From positions 142,707 to 206,706 of the forward strand of contig JAUCBJ010007728.1 of the NCBI GenBank assembly GCA_032718475.1: a stretch of DNA of 64,000 nt. The letters run 5' to 3'. Source of the DNA: Nemertoderma westbladi (lineage: Eukaryota > Animalia > Xenacoelomorpha). Shown one piece after another: positions 1-13,100 of the stretch. How positions within the stretch are numbered: the stretch's first letter is position 1; every line of letters begins with the position of its first letter. The notes under the pieces are model-generated. The model saw nothing but the letters and a program-made list of their open reading frames with translations. It was not told the DNA's origin and did not search any database. The translations under genes and the position numbers were made by a program.

Positions 1-2026
1 TTCACCTGATTATTTAATTTGGTAAGGTCAACCGTGATGCGAATTTCATCCGGTCGACCGGGTTTGGGGCAAACAACCATGGGATGACACCAATCTGTGG
101 CCCGGTCACCCACCCGTTCAATGATGCCTTTGTCCAACATGTCGTTGAGTTCGGCGTGGGCTTTATCTCTGTACGCGTAGGGTATAGAGCGGGTGGCGTA
201 GATGCAGAAAGGTTTTGCACCTTCCTTGACTTCTATAGTCATAGGGGGACCCAGCATCGGTTTAAGTTGGCCTTTGATGGCAAAGTCGTCACTAAACTCT
301 TCCAGAAGTTTTTGTTTTATTTTTTCTACGAGTTCAGCATCTATGTTAATAGGTGCAACCACTTTATTTTCCTTCACTAAATGGAGTGGTGTGGGGAATT
401 CGTCGTGGACGATGTTGAAGGCTTAACAACTGTAAAGGAAAGATAAATATCTTTAATTCCGTCACAAATATAAACCCATTCGTTGTAACGCATGTTTTCA
501 ATCTGTAGAGTTAGTTTTAAACGTCCTATACATTTTATTGGATTGCTGTTTATTGCTTCCAGTGGCTCGTCTAATTCTCTAAGTTTATTTATAGATATAC
601 CGAGGCGATTTAGAATACCGATTCCGCCAGCGGTGACGTCTGCGCCGGTGTCTGCAATGCAAGCGCTTGTTGTTAGCAGTTTCCCCGTACCGGTATGCAC
701 GAATTGTATGGAGATGCGAGGTTTACCGGCCTCCCGGGCTAGTTCGCGTGGTTCGACGCCAATTTTCGCGAGGGAAATCGCACTGGAAGTTGCCTTCTTT
801 GGTTGGCGACATAGATGGGTGAAGTGGCCGATACGTTCGCATTTTTTGCATTCGCGGCCAATGGCTTTACACGGTTTATCTTTCTCGTGAGGCCAAACTC
901 CACCACATTTCCAGCAGCGATTATTGTCTCGTATTTGTGGATGGGGTTTGAATTGTCGACCTTTACTGGAGCTCCGTTGGCTATCTGACTTACTAAAATT
1001 ACGCCCTCGGTTCTGAGGTTTAACTGCGTTAACTTTGTATGTCAGTCGTTGATCTTCCCGAACAGCCAGCTCCCGATTACGGCAAAAATCGACAGTTTCA
1101 TCGCGGGATAGGGCAGGCCTTTTACCCAAAAGTTCCTGGCGTACCTCCTCATCCCGTATACCGCAAACTATTAAAGTGGAGATCCAGTCCTCCTTTGTCA
1201 TAACTTCGATGTTTGCGTCATCCACCAGTTCGCACAACTGAATGTAGTAATCGTCGAACGACTGTTTGTCTTCCTGTTTAGTCCGTACCAGTTTGTAGCG
1301 GTCTACAGTTATATTCTGTTGTGCGCGGAGGTGTTCCCGTATTTTTACGAGGATTTCGTCCGTTGACAGTCAGGTATCTTGAGGAATTTTGACAGCATAA
1401 TGCATCCGGTTCAGGAAATCAGGGCTGCAGTATGAAAAGAACGTTGCCACCTGATCTTCCATAGGTTTGCTGTCGAGTTTTGTCACCCGGGCATAATTGC
1501 GCCATGTTGTCTCCCACCGTTTAAATGTTTTGTAGGAAACGTCGTCCTCGATAATGTTTCGCGGGTGTACAGTGAGTTTGATTGCCTCGCGGTCTTTGGG
1601 ACGTCTGGAGCTTCCGTGCGTTGCCGATCCCGGGCCCGCAACTGCTATTACGTCGCGCTCTTCCCGCAATCCCTCAAGTAAATGCTGTTGGTTTTGATCG
1701 ACGAGGTAGAGGAGTTGTCTGTGCTCTTCCGCCCGTTCTCGTCGTTCAACCCGCTGTTCTTCCATTCGTTTAGCATCCTGGTCGACAAAGTGCGCGAGGA
1801 GTTTAGCTAAATCGGAACCTCCGACTTCTCCGGTTTGTTCAGGTTCTGATTCTGCTCCTTCTACGAACTTTAGCAACCGTTTTCTAAGAACCGTTGTTGC
1901 CATTCTGTGGCTGTACTTAATTCCGGCATTTGCGAGGTGTGCTTTAATAGTCGCCCGGTCAAGGTGTTCTATCGAAGCTGGATCAATTTCCCACATTTCA
2001 TCCTGGGTTGGGAGTTCGTCCATCAC
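1..2026 (-). pseudogene. gag-pol: Gypsy gag-protease-RT polyprotein (disrupted)
   Basis: ORFs 1370-2026 and 377-1237 are in the same frame, separated by one TGA at 1370-1372. A frameshift near 420-435 leads into an RT frame that stays open to position 1. Confidence 0.88.
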
Positions 2027-2198
2027 GCAAATTAAATAGGCCTATGTTTTTTTAATATATGAAATTTCAAATTATTAATTAGCAAGCAAATAACGTCAGA
2101 ACGTGCAGACGTACAGTCGATCGATGATCGATCGGTGATATTGCAGTGCAGTTTATTGCGTAAGTTCAAGCGCAGCGCGGTACTGGTACTGCGCCTAT

Positions 2199-2210
2199 CT
2201 CACTGCGCCA
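2199..2210 (-). promoter_or_regulatory. Primer-binding site, probably tRNA-Ser
   Basis: TGGCGCAGTGAG immediately follows the LTR-terminal CA on the minus strand. Confidence 0.7.
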
Positions 2211-2396
2211 TGGTATGTCCGGCTGTCCGGTACATAGCCAGACAACTGTAGCCTGTAGGCTGAGGTAAAAATGGATGCTGGAGCGACACAACCGGTCCGT
2301 ATAATATAAGCAGAATGCCAGCAAGATATGTAGGCCCGTGCCATAGACAGTAAGGGGGAATAATGAAATAGGCCTATACTGTATATATCCATACCA
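2211..2396 (-). repeat. 5' LTR (186 bp) of the Gypsy element
   Basis: Inverted termini TGGTATG...CATACCA. It is flanked by the PBS on one side and satellite on the other. The partner LTR is outside the window. Confidence 0.8.
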
Positions 2397-3146
2397 ATAT
2401 GTGGCTGTCTGAGTGGAGCGATAAGTAGCCTATCTCCTTGTTAATATTGTTGTGTTCTAGAATATTTATTATAGTTTCATCGTATTGCCAAAGTGACTAG
2501 AGCTGAAGTTGACTCATAATACAATAATTCACCTCAAATATCTCAGCTATTTCATGAACATAATGAAGTATTAAAGCCATCTCGAAATCCTTGGTGTTTT
2601 TCTGCAATAATTTATCAGAATATCCTCTGTTTTTTTACAAAAACCATATCGATTTTCATATTTATAACTTCTAACCCACTCCAAGAGATAGAGAATCTTA
2701 GATGAATGTCACAAGAACAGGTAACACTTACATTTATAGAAGTAATCAGCTGTTATTTGCTACGTCTTTCCGCTGAGGATGAATGCATTTTGATTGTGTC
2801 AGAACACCCCCTATCTGTGGTTGTATGAGTGGAGAGATAAGTAGCCTAACTCCCTATTAATATTGTTGTGTTCTAGAATATTTTTAATAGTTTCATCGTA
2901 TTGCCAAAGTGACTGGAGCTAAAGTTATTATGTAATGCAATAATTCACCTCAAATATCTCAGCTATTTCATGAACATAATGAAGTATTAAAGCCATCTCG
3001 AAATCCTTGGTGTTTATCTGCAATAATTTATCAGAATATCCTCTGTTTTTTTACAAAAACCATATCGATTTTCATATTTATAACTTCTAACCCACTCCAA
3101 GAGATAGAGAATCTTAAATGAAAGTCACAAGAACAGGTAACACTTA
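2397..3146. repeat. Satellite block, ~1.8 monomers of the ~416-bp repeat (variant subtype)
   Basis: Same monomer as 34033-55981 with its own diagnostic variants (GCCATCTCGAAATCC, CCAAGAGATA, GTCACAAGAAC). Confidence 0.95.
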
Positions 3147-5440
3147 TGTAAGGTCCAGATCCTAGTAACGATGTATCTTACTATGAGACTCTAGTAATGT
3201 ATACGGGCTCGTACAGTATCTGACAACAAATCCCAGTCCAGGATATCTAAACAAACAGATACAATACACAAACGACTACTGGCGAGGAACAGAGCCTAGT
3301 ATCTATTCTATGTACGTGAGCGGGTCTAATGCCTACGTACTAGACAAAAGGATACCTGTCCTCTAACCGGTGAGGCAGATGTACAGTTACAGTAACAGAC
3401 CAAACTCACAGGAAAACAATCCCCGCGCAGCGAATCCTAACTATCACTGACAGTCCTAAATACAGTAACTTGCCGCGGTGTGATTTATATGGTTTATATA
3501 CGAGCTAGTGGGTTAACAGACCTAGCGTAACAACACTGATTCTGTCCTAAATCAGTCGAAAAGGGGTCGTGCCTAATGTAACAATAACTGATCCCCCTGT
3601 ACGAAATCAGTCTAAAGGGTCAGGCCTAAATGTAACAATACTGCTGAACAGGAACCAACAGTTTAATAACGAAAATGAAATACTCTCTCTTGCCGCAACT
3701 AAATATCAGATCCTAATTTTATAAATACAGATAATTTCTGCCTAAAGTAATGTATAGTGCGCTATAGCTAGTAGAACTCTAAGGGCGAATATGTTTTAGG
3801 GCGTGTGTGTGTGGGTGTGTTACAAATAAAACAATTTCGTGTATTTCCTTTTACTAGGTTTTAGTGATTTTCTGACCGAAATGATACCGTGCGCTAGCTA
3901 CTAAAATAAACCAGTCGCGTTTTGTAGAACTTTATACTCACAAATGACGTCAAAGCTCTCTCCTTCCTATCCACAACACAATGGGCAACCACGGTGTTAG
4001 TAACTACACCCGTGATCGGCACTAATACCAGATTCTGGTTGTAAGATAAGAAATAGGGGTTAATCGCTACCGTACGTTAGCTGATCTGGTATACAAATTT
4101 GATTCTAGAACTTTGTTGCCGCGGTAGTTAGCAGCAATACCTATCAGTACGTGGCAAGGCGCGGTAGGATATTAATAAACCTCCCTAGGCCAAGCAGTGT
4201 GCCGGTAGCAGAAATGCTCCTTGCCTGATCAAATAGCTAACTCCAGACAGGGGGGGGGGGGGGGTACTAATGTACGTTCTACAAAGCGAACCGGTACCAA
4301 ACAGTCAGTACTACGAATCACTAAATTATGGAACATATGCTGTCCGTACCTATGTACTCGCGTACTGACGAATGGCAATAGTTCGCACCTGTATGTAGGA
4401 AGAACAGGTTAACCCAGGGGTTCGTAGGACATAATAAAGGGGGGGGGGTGTTTCTGTCTGAATATAATTATTTGATCCTAAATTTGCGGCGTCCAGGACG
4501 GCGTCACGCTTACCCTGATCTATAGGTCTTACGGCGGGCAAGGGCATCGAACAAAGTCTTACCTTTCTCACAAAGCGGGCGCTGCATGGCAAGTAGAGTA
4601 TTTCGAAGGGCAAAGGGGGTGCGCGGTCAATCCAATGTCGGCGCTAGCGTGTTGTGGACATCCTTTCCCTGCGTTACTGACGGCCTAACGGTCTAGGCTG
4701 CCATCTTCCCGATGTTTGGCTGTCCCAAAGTTGGACCAAAAGAAAACATGTTCAGGAATTTGCAGTATATTTACAGTTTTACAAAGGATTTATCAAACAA
4801 AGTTTCAACAAGAAACCAAATAAACTAATAACAATTTACTAAAGATAGATGATCTAAAAGGGGTAACGAGGCAGTAAGAAGGGTGGTTTTTTACAAGAAG
4901 TGATAACCGAAGGCAAACCGGCCTTTTATACTAAATATCACACATGGAAACCAAACATAATTTTCCACATCTTCACATTTGAGCAATAAAGTGCTTTGTG
5001 CCCTATGATTGGCCCAGCTCATCGTTCAACGCAATCCGGCCCTTGCACTAATCTGGGACATGGAATCCTAACAGAATTTTCCATTGCCTCACATTTGAGC
5101 AATAAGATAATTTATGCCCCATGATTGGCCTGGCTCATCTTTCGCTACGTTGTACGCTTCTCATTGGTCCGCCAATTAGCACCAAATGAAATTAAATGGC
5201 CCCAAAATACAAATTTCCCGACCGGGATTCGAACTCGTAACGAGTTCGAATCCCGGTCTGTAATGTAACCAACGCCTTAACCATCTGACCACTACGCCAC
5301 GAGAGTACCTAAGGGTTTTATGTGTACAAATATGAATAGGCAATATTACATTACTGTAACTTAATCAAAATGCGTCGGATTTTCGAAAGTTTTTACGTTA
5401 AAGTTAAACTACAAATGCTACCTTATAGTGAAATAATTCA
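3147..5440 (-). repeat. Putative long (~2.3 kb) 3' LTR of element A; inner boundary uncertain
   Basis: Ends in CA at 3147. Contains CCAAT boxes, TATAAAAG near 4925-4932, and blocks shared with B's terminal repeat (CCATATAAATCACACCGCGGCAA, TAGGATTCGCTGCGCGGG, CTGCCTCACCGGTTA). Confidence 0.6.
5215..5300 (-). ncRNA. tRNA-derived/Pol III promoter-like unit in the terminal region of element A
   Basis: A-box-like TAGTGGTCAGATGGTTAAGGCG and B box GAGTTCGAATCC. There is no normal anticodon arm; a perfect 19-bp inverted repeat occupies that position. Confidence 0.55.
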
Positions 5441-5675
5441 TCACCGCTCCATGAAAACAGTAAGTAAGACTGTTTTCACCAATCGAAATATAAAATATTT
5501 ACAAACTACTTCTAAATCTACTGGTAGGGCCTAAAATATAAAATATAATCACTATCTAATTATTGCATACTTAATATTGCAGATACGGCATAAATACATA
5601 CGTACATACATACAAATCGTACAGATCAGAATCGTACAAATCGGTAGGCTCGCAAGCCTTCCTTCCACTCGCTTT

Positions 5676-8600
5676 CTATTCCTTCGCTGAGCGGGCTCGT
5701 CCACGTCCTCTAGTGCGATTGGGGGGTGGTCGAGGTCGAACTGGGCTCGGACTTTGGCGTCGAGTCGTCGGTGGTTCCAAAACGCTAGGAAAGGGAACGA
5801 CGGGAGTTTCGCACATCCGCCGTGCGCTCAATCCTCTAAATCCTCGTCCGATTCCAACTGTCGGCTTAACATCGGATCTAGTCTCTACAACGCTAGGAGG
5901 AAGTCGAAAGGGTAGGACCGTTCCGTCCGTTGACACCTCGCTCTCTGACGTCGTTTGAATCCTAATGGGTTCAGTCAAAGCGTATCCTGTCCCTCCGCGT
6001 GGTTCTCTAGCAAGGGAAACCGTGCCCCGAGTCATCCGGATTTGCGACTTCGATGTCGTCCTCTCGGCGACATTTACTATCTTCTTAATCTCTTGTCCGG
6101 CCTTCTGGGCTTTGAGTATACGAAATTGCTGATCATCCTGTGGGTGACGCGTCTTCTCTGCTAACGGCGTGGCCTTGAAGCCAGTCTCACGCAAAACGTC
6201 GGTCTCGTCCGGAATGCACGAGGTTACGCGTTTGTGATAAAATGCGCTCCAGTATGCCCAAGCTATCGAATGCCAGGCTCCTCGATTCCGCTGTTCAACT
6301 CGCAGTTTATCGAATTCTCCGGCGGTAATCTTGTTCACCACAGTTTGAAAGTTCCAAGTATTCTTGTTGTCGGGGTGCACTTGTAAGAAATAGTCCCGCA
6401 CAATTTTGAATCCACTGTCCAACGGCAATATATCCAATACCTCCAACAATTCATCATACTGAGGCATAGCCGATACATATCCTTCCTTTGACATTATGAG
6501 AGGGTTTACGGCCCAAAATCCCAAATGTGCTCTCATAGGGAAGCGGCGTCGCTGCGTCGATACATGCTCGTCTGCTAGATCCTCCCAATGGTCGAATAAT
6601 TGTCGAACGATTTTAACTGACATGTGCTCATAGGGGACGTCTCTAAGTTGACATTCGGATGCCCTATGGCCCTTAATATTACAATAAGTACACTGCGCCA
6701 CGAAACGCCAGCAAGTGTAGAAAGTGTGCGAACGTGATCCCCGCACCAGTTGCATACTAAATCCGGTAGAGATATGTGCTTCGCTCCGCACTTCTTTGCG
6801 TGATGGCCAGTTGCTCCGCATCTGCCACAAATAGTGTTGGCAGGATACCAAACTCGCTCATAGATGAGATCTCAGATGGGGCGAGCGCTACCGTCCACGT
6901 GATAATTCTCATCATCTGGGTCAGTCGGTATGTTCGTCTCTGTAGGTTGTACACAAACCATGGCGTCTCTTTTCTCCAACTCGCGTATCTCAGTTCGCGT
7001 CTTCCTCGGAAGGTTCTCCTCTATCTCTATGAGTTGCCATAACGGTTCGTCTATTAGCGCCAACTCGGTCGGATCCACATCGTCATGATGGGCGGTAGGC
7101 TCGCGAGCCTTCCAGGATCCTTCCGGGCGTTCGAATTCCGCGTGGCGTTCCCCGTCGTAGGGTACTAACGTTAACATCGACGGTATGTCGACTAGACTTC
7201 CCGCGTGAGTGAGATAGACGTCCCTGAAAACGCTAAGTCCCGCTCGCGTGAAAACTTCGCAGTGCGCATCGGTGTTATAAAAGGGTTGGAGAAATCGTCG
7301 GAATACATCAGTATGCGTCCTTCCTCCATCGTAAAAGGTATGTCCTTCGCCAAGACATAACGGGTGTCGCTTTAGGGTTCTGGATACTACGTCCGCGATG
7401 AAACAAACGTTAACCGAAGATTCTATCGCTAAATAGTATTGCAAGATTATCCGCGGAGGTGAAGTAATCGCCCAATACACGCAACCTCGCCACTTCAACT
7501 GTGACTCAAACTCGTTTACGCTGGGGATATCTCCCTCTCCGTATACGTCCGTGTATTTGTTCCTCTTACTCTCCTTGTAATCCCAACTGAACATTAGATA
7601 TGAGATATAACCCGTCCCAGTTTTTAGCGTGTTATACTCCCTAAAATATCCTTGCTCAATAGCCCAAAGCAACAATAATGGTCTAGTATCCACGTATGGC
7701 GTAGGCAATCGGTCCTCTTCCGTGGGCATCCCTGCAAAGTCGCTAATAAGGTCATCCCGTACACCGGATCCGATCTTGACGATGCTCTTATCCAACACAA
7801 CGTCTCGCACGGCCTTTGGCAACATCCTAGCTTCTATGCTACAAGCCAGGTCCATGGATTTAACTATCCGTTTTATCATCGCGTGTCTTTGCGTCGTTCC
7901 TTCCGGCATAGGCATCTTCCCATCACTCCTCTGTCGGCTGAAGACATGTAACACGCCATCTGGTGCTCTAATCTGTATAGTCTTTGAAGTGAGGCTTTGC
8001 TGATGGCTTCCTCCTTCATTATCGTAAAACATATAACCATTCTCTTTCAGAGATCGGCTAGTCACATCCCAATCGTCGAGTAAATCGTCGGTAGGGTTCC
8101 AAATTCTCCCAATCGACTTTTCATCATCGAAACTAATAGGTTTACCGGTCCAATTGGTCGCGATATCGGTGTCGGTCTCAAACGTTCCAACTCCGATCCA
8201 TAATCGAATCGTTTTCGTCAGATATCCTCGCAAGATACAAGGTGCGATATCCGTCCCCGCGCGATCCACTTCCTTAAAGTCCGTAATATGTGGAGGCACG
8301 TTGCGTACGATTTTTTGAACTATTACTTTACGCAACTCGGCTGATTCTAACACATCACCGAAGGTAACCGATGGGAGGAAATCCAGGTTCGAGATGATCT
8401 CCGGGTGTTCAACTATAGGGATCTCGTAAGTTGTCTCCTTCCGGGTCGGTATACTAATAGGAAAACTAGTTGGTCTCGCAACCGGTACTATCGCTCCAGT
8501 GGAATGGGGCTGAGGTTCTCGCGTCATCTCGACATGAGGTATCTGTAGTCTCTGCGACAAACGCTGAGCAAAGGTGATACTATCGAAGAGCTCGGGTGTC

Positions 8601-9430
8601 ATCTCCTTGGGTTCGGTTTGATCGTGGGATATCCAATAGAATGGTAGGCTCGCGAGCCTTCCGCCGAACTCCTCGATCTCACCTTTCTCGTACGCCTTGT
8701 ATGCCCTGTAGAGGCTCAAAGCTTCCCATTTCTCTTGTGTCGACTTATTAGACTCGTCCACTACCATGCTGTAGACGTCTGGTTCGACTAATTTGGGTTC
8801 GTAAATAACGATCTCACCCGCGTTCGGTCCACTCATTTTAAACGAATGATACGGATTTGTCAAAGGGTATCCGCCTTCTTGGTAACGTAGACTTTGGTGG
8901 TGTGAACATCGCACTAATATCGGCTCGGGGTTCTCCGAGTTCAACCGCATAGGAATCGCGTTGTCTTGCTCGCGCATACACGCTCCACATTTATAAAACA
9001 GTTTGTATATGGAGAACGCGTCCTTGGTCTCTGGATCCGCACCTCGAGCGCGTCTATAAAGATGCATTCCTTCAAATTCGTCTCTAGCTGCAGGTAAGGG
9101 TTCGTTTACTGTCAAATATTGCAGCGTATGATACAATCGGCATATTTCGGTGTCTGGATCCTCGCAAATGTCGCTAGCGTCGCATAACGCATCGTAGGGA
9201 TATAACGCATTGAACTCCGCGCGTAATTCCTCCGTCCTTTTGTTGTATGCATCCAACCGCTGTCGCGTAACATTCGGGTCCGCCTTGGATTTAGCGAGCT
9301 TGGCTGTACTCCTAGCCATACTCTCCACTCCAAACACACTAAAGTTTTTAGCTCCATAACGATTGAATGGCGCCTGGTGCTCTTGTTCTTGCGTAAACCC
9401 TTGACGTAACTCTTTATACATCTTCTCCAT
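5676..9430 (-). pseudogene. ORF3 of element A: DEDD-type 3'-5' exonuclease-like domain plus three zinc knuckles (~1250 aa reconstructed)
   Basis: ORFs 6872-9430 and 5676-6851 join across an in-frame TGA (G in B) and a 1-nt deletion near 6735. Motifs: FYDNEG, TIQIRA, LPKAVRDVVLDKSIVKIGSGVRDD, YVDTRPL, YYLAIES, CGRCGATGHHAKKC, CTYCNIKGHRASEC. Confidence 0.8.
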
Positions 9431-10164
9431 CGTATACGAATATATATGTGGTTACATATCGTTACGTTTCTACTAGATGAAGCACAAAATAGAGGTTAGA
9501 TGTGACGTGACTTAGAGTTTGTCGGCTTTTGGCTCAACTCTGCTCTAAACCCCAACCCATTTGCCTAATGATTTCGGGTTCGCGTGATTTTGCACTGGCT
9601 CCTAATCCAAAAAATGTGCCGATAAAAAACGAATTCCGGGTAAACTAGCCGCGAGTCTAAAATACTCACCTTTTAATTTCCCACGCTACATTTCCCAAGA
9701 AAAATAGTGCAGTTGAGAATTAATTGGTCTAAATAATAGTAGACACGACTACGTAGAACAAGGCCGATTTTCTTTTCCAAAAAAAATTTATCGGTAGGCT
9801 CGCAAGCCTTCCATCCGCTCTTGTCCTCCCCAATTTTAATTTTTATCTAGCTGTATTCTAGAATTTGCTTTTACTGGAGAATCGTTTTTCTTAAATTTAA
9901 ATCCAAATAAATGGATTTATTTAATAATTTTTGAAAATTGTCTCACTTGTGGGTTCCAAGTGGAATTCCATTCCTACTGTACACACAATCCCACTCCTAT
10001 GTGATACATAAGGGTACTACCCTCCATGTTCACGTATAAAGACAATGGAATTCCACCGCTGTCTCTATCTACAGTGAAGAGGATTACAAATGCACGTACA
10101 GTAATACAAATACAAATAACTAAAATACAGTAGGTCTATGTGGTGGCCAATCAAGGTCCCACAT

Positions 10165-13100
10165 CTATTTACTAATATTGGGTGGAGATTTGTAGTCTCC
10201 TGTCTCGTTTCTAGTCTCCTCAAGGAGCACGAGACGTTGTACAGGCCTATCTACGGTACGTCCGTCGATAGTCCTTACAGTAACTGTCCTCACTACACCA
10301 GATGTAGGGTGCGTGGTCAAAATGACTCCAGTCAGCCAAAAACGTCTTTTCAGATTTGCTTCAGCCAATAAAACATGGTCACCACGTCTTAAACATCGGG
10401 TATTTAGATACCAAGAGGTTCTGGTCGAAATAGAGGGCAAATAATATTTCTGCCATATTTCCCAGAATTTATTTGCAAGCAATTGAGTGATTTTCCAAGC
10501 CTTGTTGCCGTATCCGTCACTATCAACGGGTACCGAAATGGGCAACAATGTCGTCGGCGCCTGCATAAGCAGGTGCGCTGGTGTCAAGGCAAACTGTACG
10601 TCGTTATTGTCTGGGATCAAAGCGATCGGTCTAGTATTTAAGATTGCTTCGATTTCTATTAGTAACGTCGTCAGTTGGTCGTCTGTCAAGATGTGTTGCG
10701 TCGGTACGACTTTAGCCATAGCTGTCTTTATTGAGCCAATCAGCCTTTCCCAAACGCCGCCTCTCCACGGACTGTCTGGAGTATTGAAATACCAAACAAT
10801 ACGGTGAGGACGTAGTTCCTCGGAAATCTGGTTTTGGTCCAATTTTCTCAAAGCTCTGGTTATTTCGTTCCGTGCACCCACAAAGTTTGTCCCTTGGTCG
10901 CAGTAAATGGATTTGACCAATCCACGTCTAGCGATAAATCGCCGTAAGGCTAGGATAAAGGCATTGGTGGTCAAGTCTGTCACTCGCTCTATATGGACAG
11001 CTCTGCTGGCCATGCAAGTGAAGATCAATCCCCAACGTTTTACCTGTACCCTTCCGCGTTTCGCGATTATGGATCCCTGTCTCAGTGAAAGGGGGTCTAA
11101 ATGCCTGTAATCTCGCTAGTGGTAGTTCACTCATTTCTTGGTGTCCTATCTTCGCGTGCACCTTCTTACAAATAATACAGTTCCGTGTTACCGAACTCAG
11201 TGCCTTACTAGGTCTAATCAGTACAAACCTCGAGCGTAAGTGTGATAGACAGTGGTGTCTACCTACGTGTTTGAGTTGTACATATGCGTCCAGTATCATA
11301 GCGTGCTGTAATTCATGGTGTTGCGGTATGATGATAGGATACCTAAAGTCAAGTGCAAAGTCGATGTTTTGGAGTCTGGACTTGTGACAAAGTAAGCCCC
11401 GGTAAATAATCGGACTCCAACTCAAAATCGGTGAAGACTTAATCTGTTTACCTTGTTTGATCGCTGTGAATTCTCGTGTGAAATATCGCAATTGATAATG
11501 TCTAATGATATCAACTTCACAGTGGCCAATTTCCTTTAAGGTAAGTCTTCTAGGAAAGTCGCGTTTGCCTCTGGCATATTGTCTCAATCGTTTGAGCCAT
11601 GCTAACTTGCGGCACGCGTCAGTCCATGATCTAGTTAGGTTCACTATCCTGTCAACGTAAGTGTTAGTGACGTCATCAGGTATGGTGTAGTCGTAGTGTG
11701 GATACTTGTCTGGACTTGGTAGGCCCACGGGCCTTCCGGTAGGTTTGTCTGAGTCCCCAAGTACGTCAATCTCTACAGTCTTACCTTTACCGTCCGCACC
11801 TAATGTGTCGACTGGCAGTAACGGTTTCAACTCTACAGTGTCAGTGTGTTCCTGTGAGCCTGTAAGCTTCCTAACCTTAGTCACACGTTTACCTGTAGGT
11901 GGTAAGTCAAGTACCTTCTTTGAGCGGAGTGTAATCCCTGTGGCCACACCTTTGTCATCCAAAGAAGTCGAATTCGGTAAGTCTCTAAAAGTCCACTCCA
12001 ATGGGTCTTCTAATGGAGTGTCTAATAGACAGTCTGGTGAAGCGTCTGGTGAACAGTCTGGTGAGACGTCTGGTGAGACATAGCGCGGAACTTCCGGCGA
12101 AATGTCCTGTCGTTGGTCCCAAATTCTGTCTAGCGTAACTTCTGTCAGAAAGTCTGGTTCAAAGTCTGGTGGACAGTCTGTAGAGATGTCTGGTGGAAAG
12201 TCTGGTGAGACATCCGGTAGACATTCTGTCGAGAGTTCCATCAAACAATCTGGCGAACAATCCGGAGAACAATCTGGTGTCGCTTCTGGTGAATAGTCTG
12301 GCGAGTAATCTGGTGAACAATCCGGCGGAACGTCTGGTGAAATCTCCCGCGGAACATCCGGCAAAGGATTCGTACAAGCGTCTGGTCGAATGTCTGGTGA
12401 GACGTCTGGCGTAATGTCAGGTCTGGCGTCCAGGTCATCAGATTTCGTCCGTCCTTTTTTCCTCTTGACCTTGGCGTTGGCTTTCGCTTTAGACTTGACA
12501 ACCTTGTCGATTTTTATCTCGGCACCCTCTGGTATGGTGTTGGTTGTCGCGTCGAATAACGGTGGCCATTCGTCTGATGGTCGCTGTAGGAAATCGGGTC
12601 CTCTAAACCAAAAGGATTTATTGTCCGGTTTACAAAAGTCAAGCGGTTGCATCCCCCGTGACGCGATGTCAGCTGGGTTCAGCTTCCCTGGACAGTGACA
12701 CCAATCTTGTTTGAGCGACCGGTCTAGTATTTCAGCCCGTCTGTTGGCTACGAAAGTCTTGAACTCAAATGCTTCGTTGTTTATGTACCAAAGTACCAAT
12801 GTCGCATCCGTCCAATATGTGACCTTCAAGTTAGCCTCCAGCTCACGTTGAACTAGACTGACAATATCTGTGGATATCGTCCTGGCTTGCAGCTCCCCAC
12901 GAGGTACAGTCATATACTTCAATGGCATTGTTCTAGCCCTTGAAGTAACGAGAGATACATCGTAGCTGTCCGATGTCACTTGTCGTCTAAGGTATAAGGT
13001 AACCCCCAATCCATCCTTGCTAGCGTCACTAAAGCTGTGAAGCTCTAAATCGGCAGGAAAGGTGGTTTGTAAAGGAAAGTATACCCTCGGTATGGTATAG

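Larger units (their letters stand above)
1..2396 (-). mobile_element. Ty3/Gypsy (Mag-like) LTR retrotransposon, 5' portion, inserted in the satellite and running off the window start
   Basis: 5' LTR and PBS, then gag with CCHC knuckle (CKKCERIGHFTHLC), protease (IADTGAD) and the start of RT (..IPYAYRDKAHAELNDMLDKGIIERV..WCHPMVVCPKPGRPDEIRITVDLTKLN, read manually in 1-250). Confidence 0.9.

Noticed and set aside
4250-4448. Poly-G tracts as functional G-quadruplexes or PPT
   Set aside because: They are poly-C on the element's sense strand, lie inside the terminal region and are not conserved in B.
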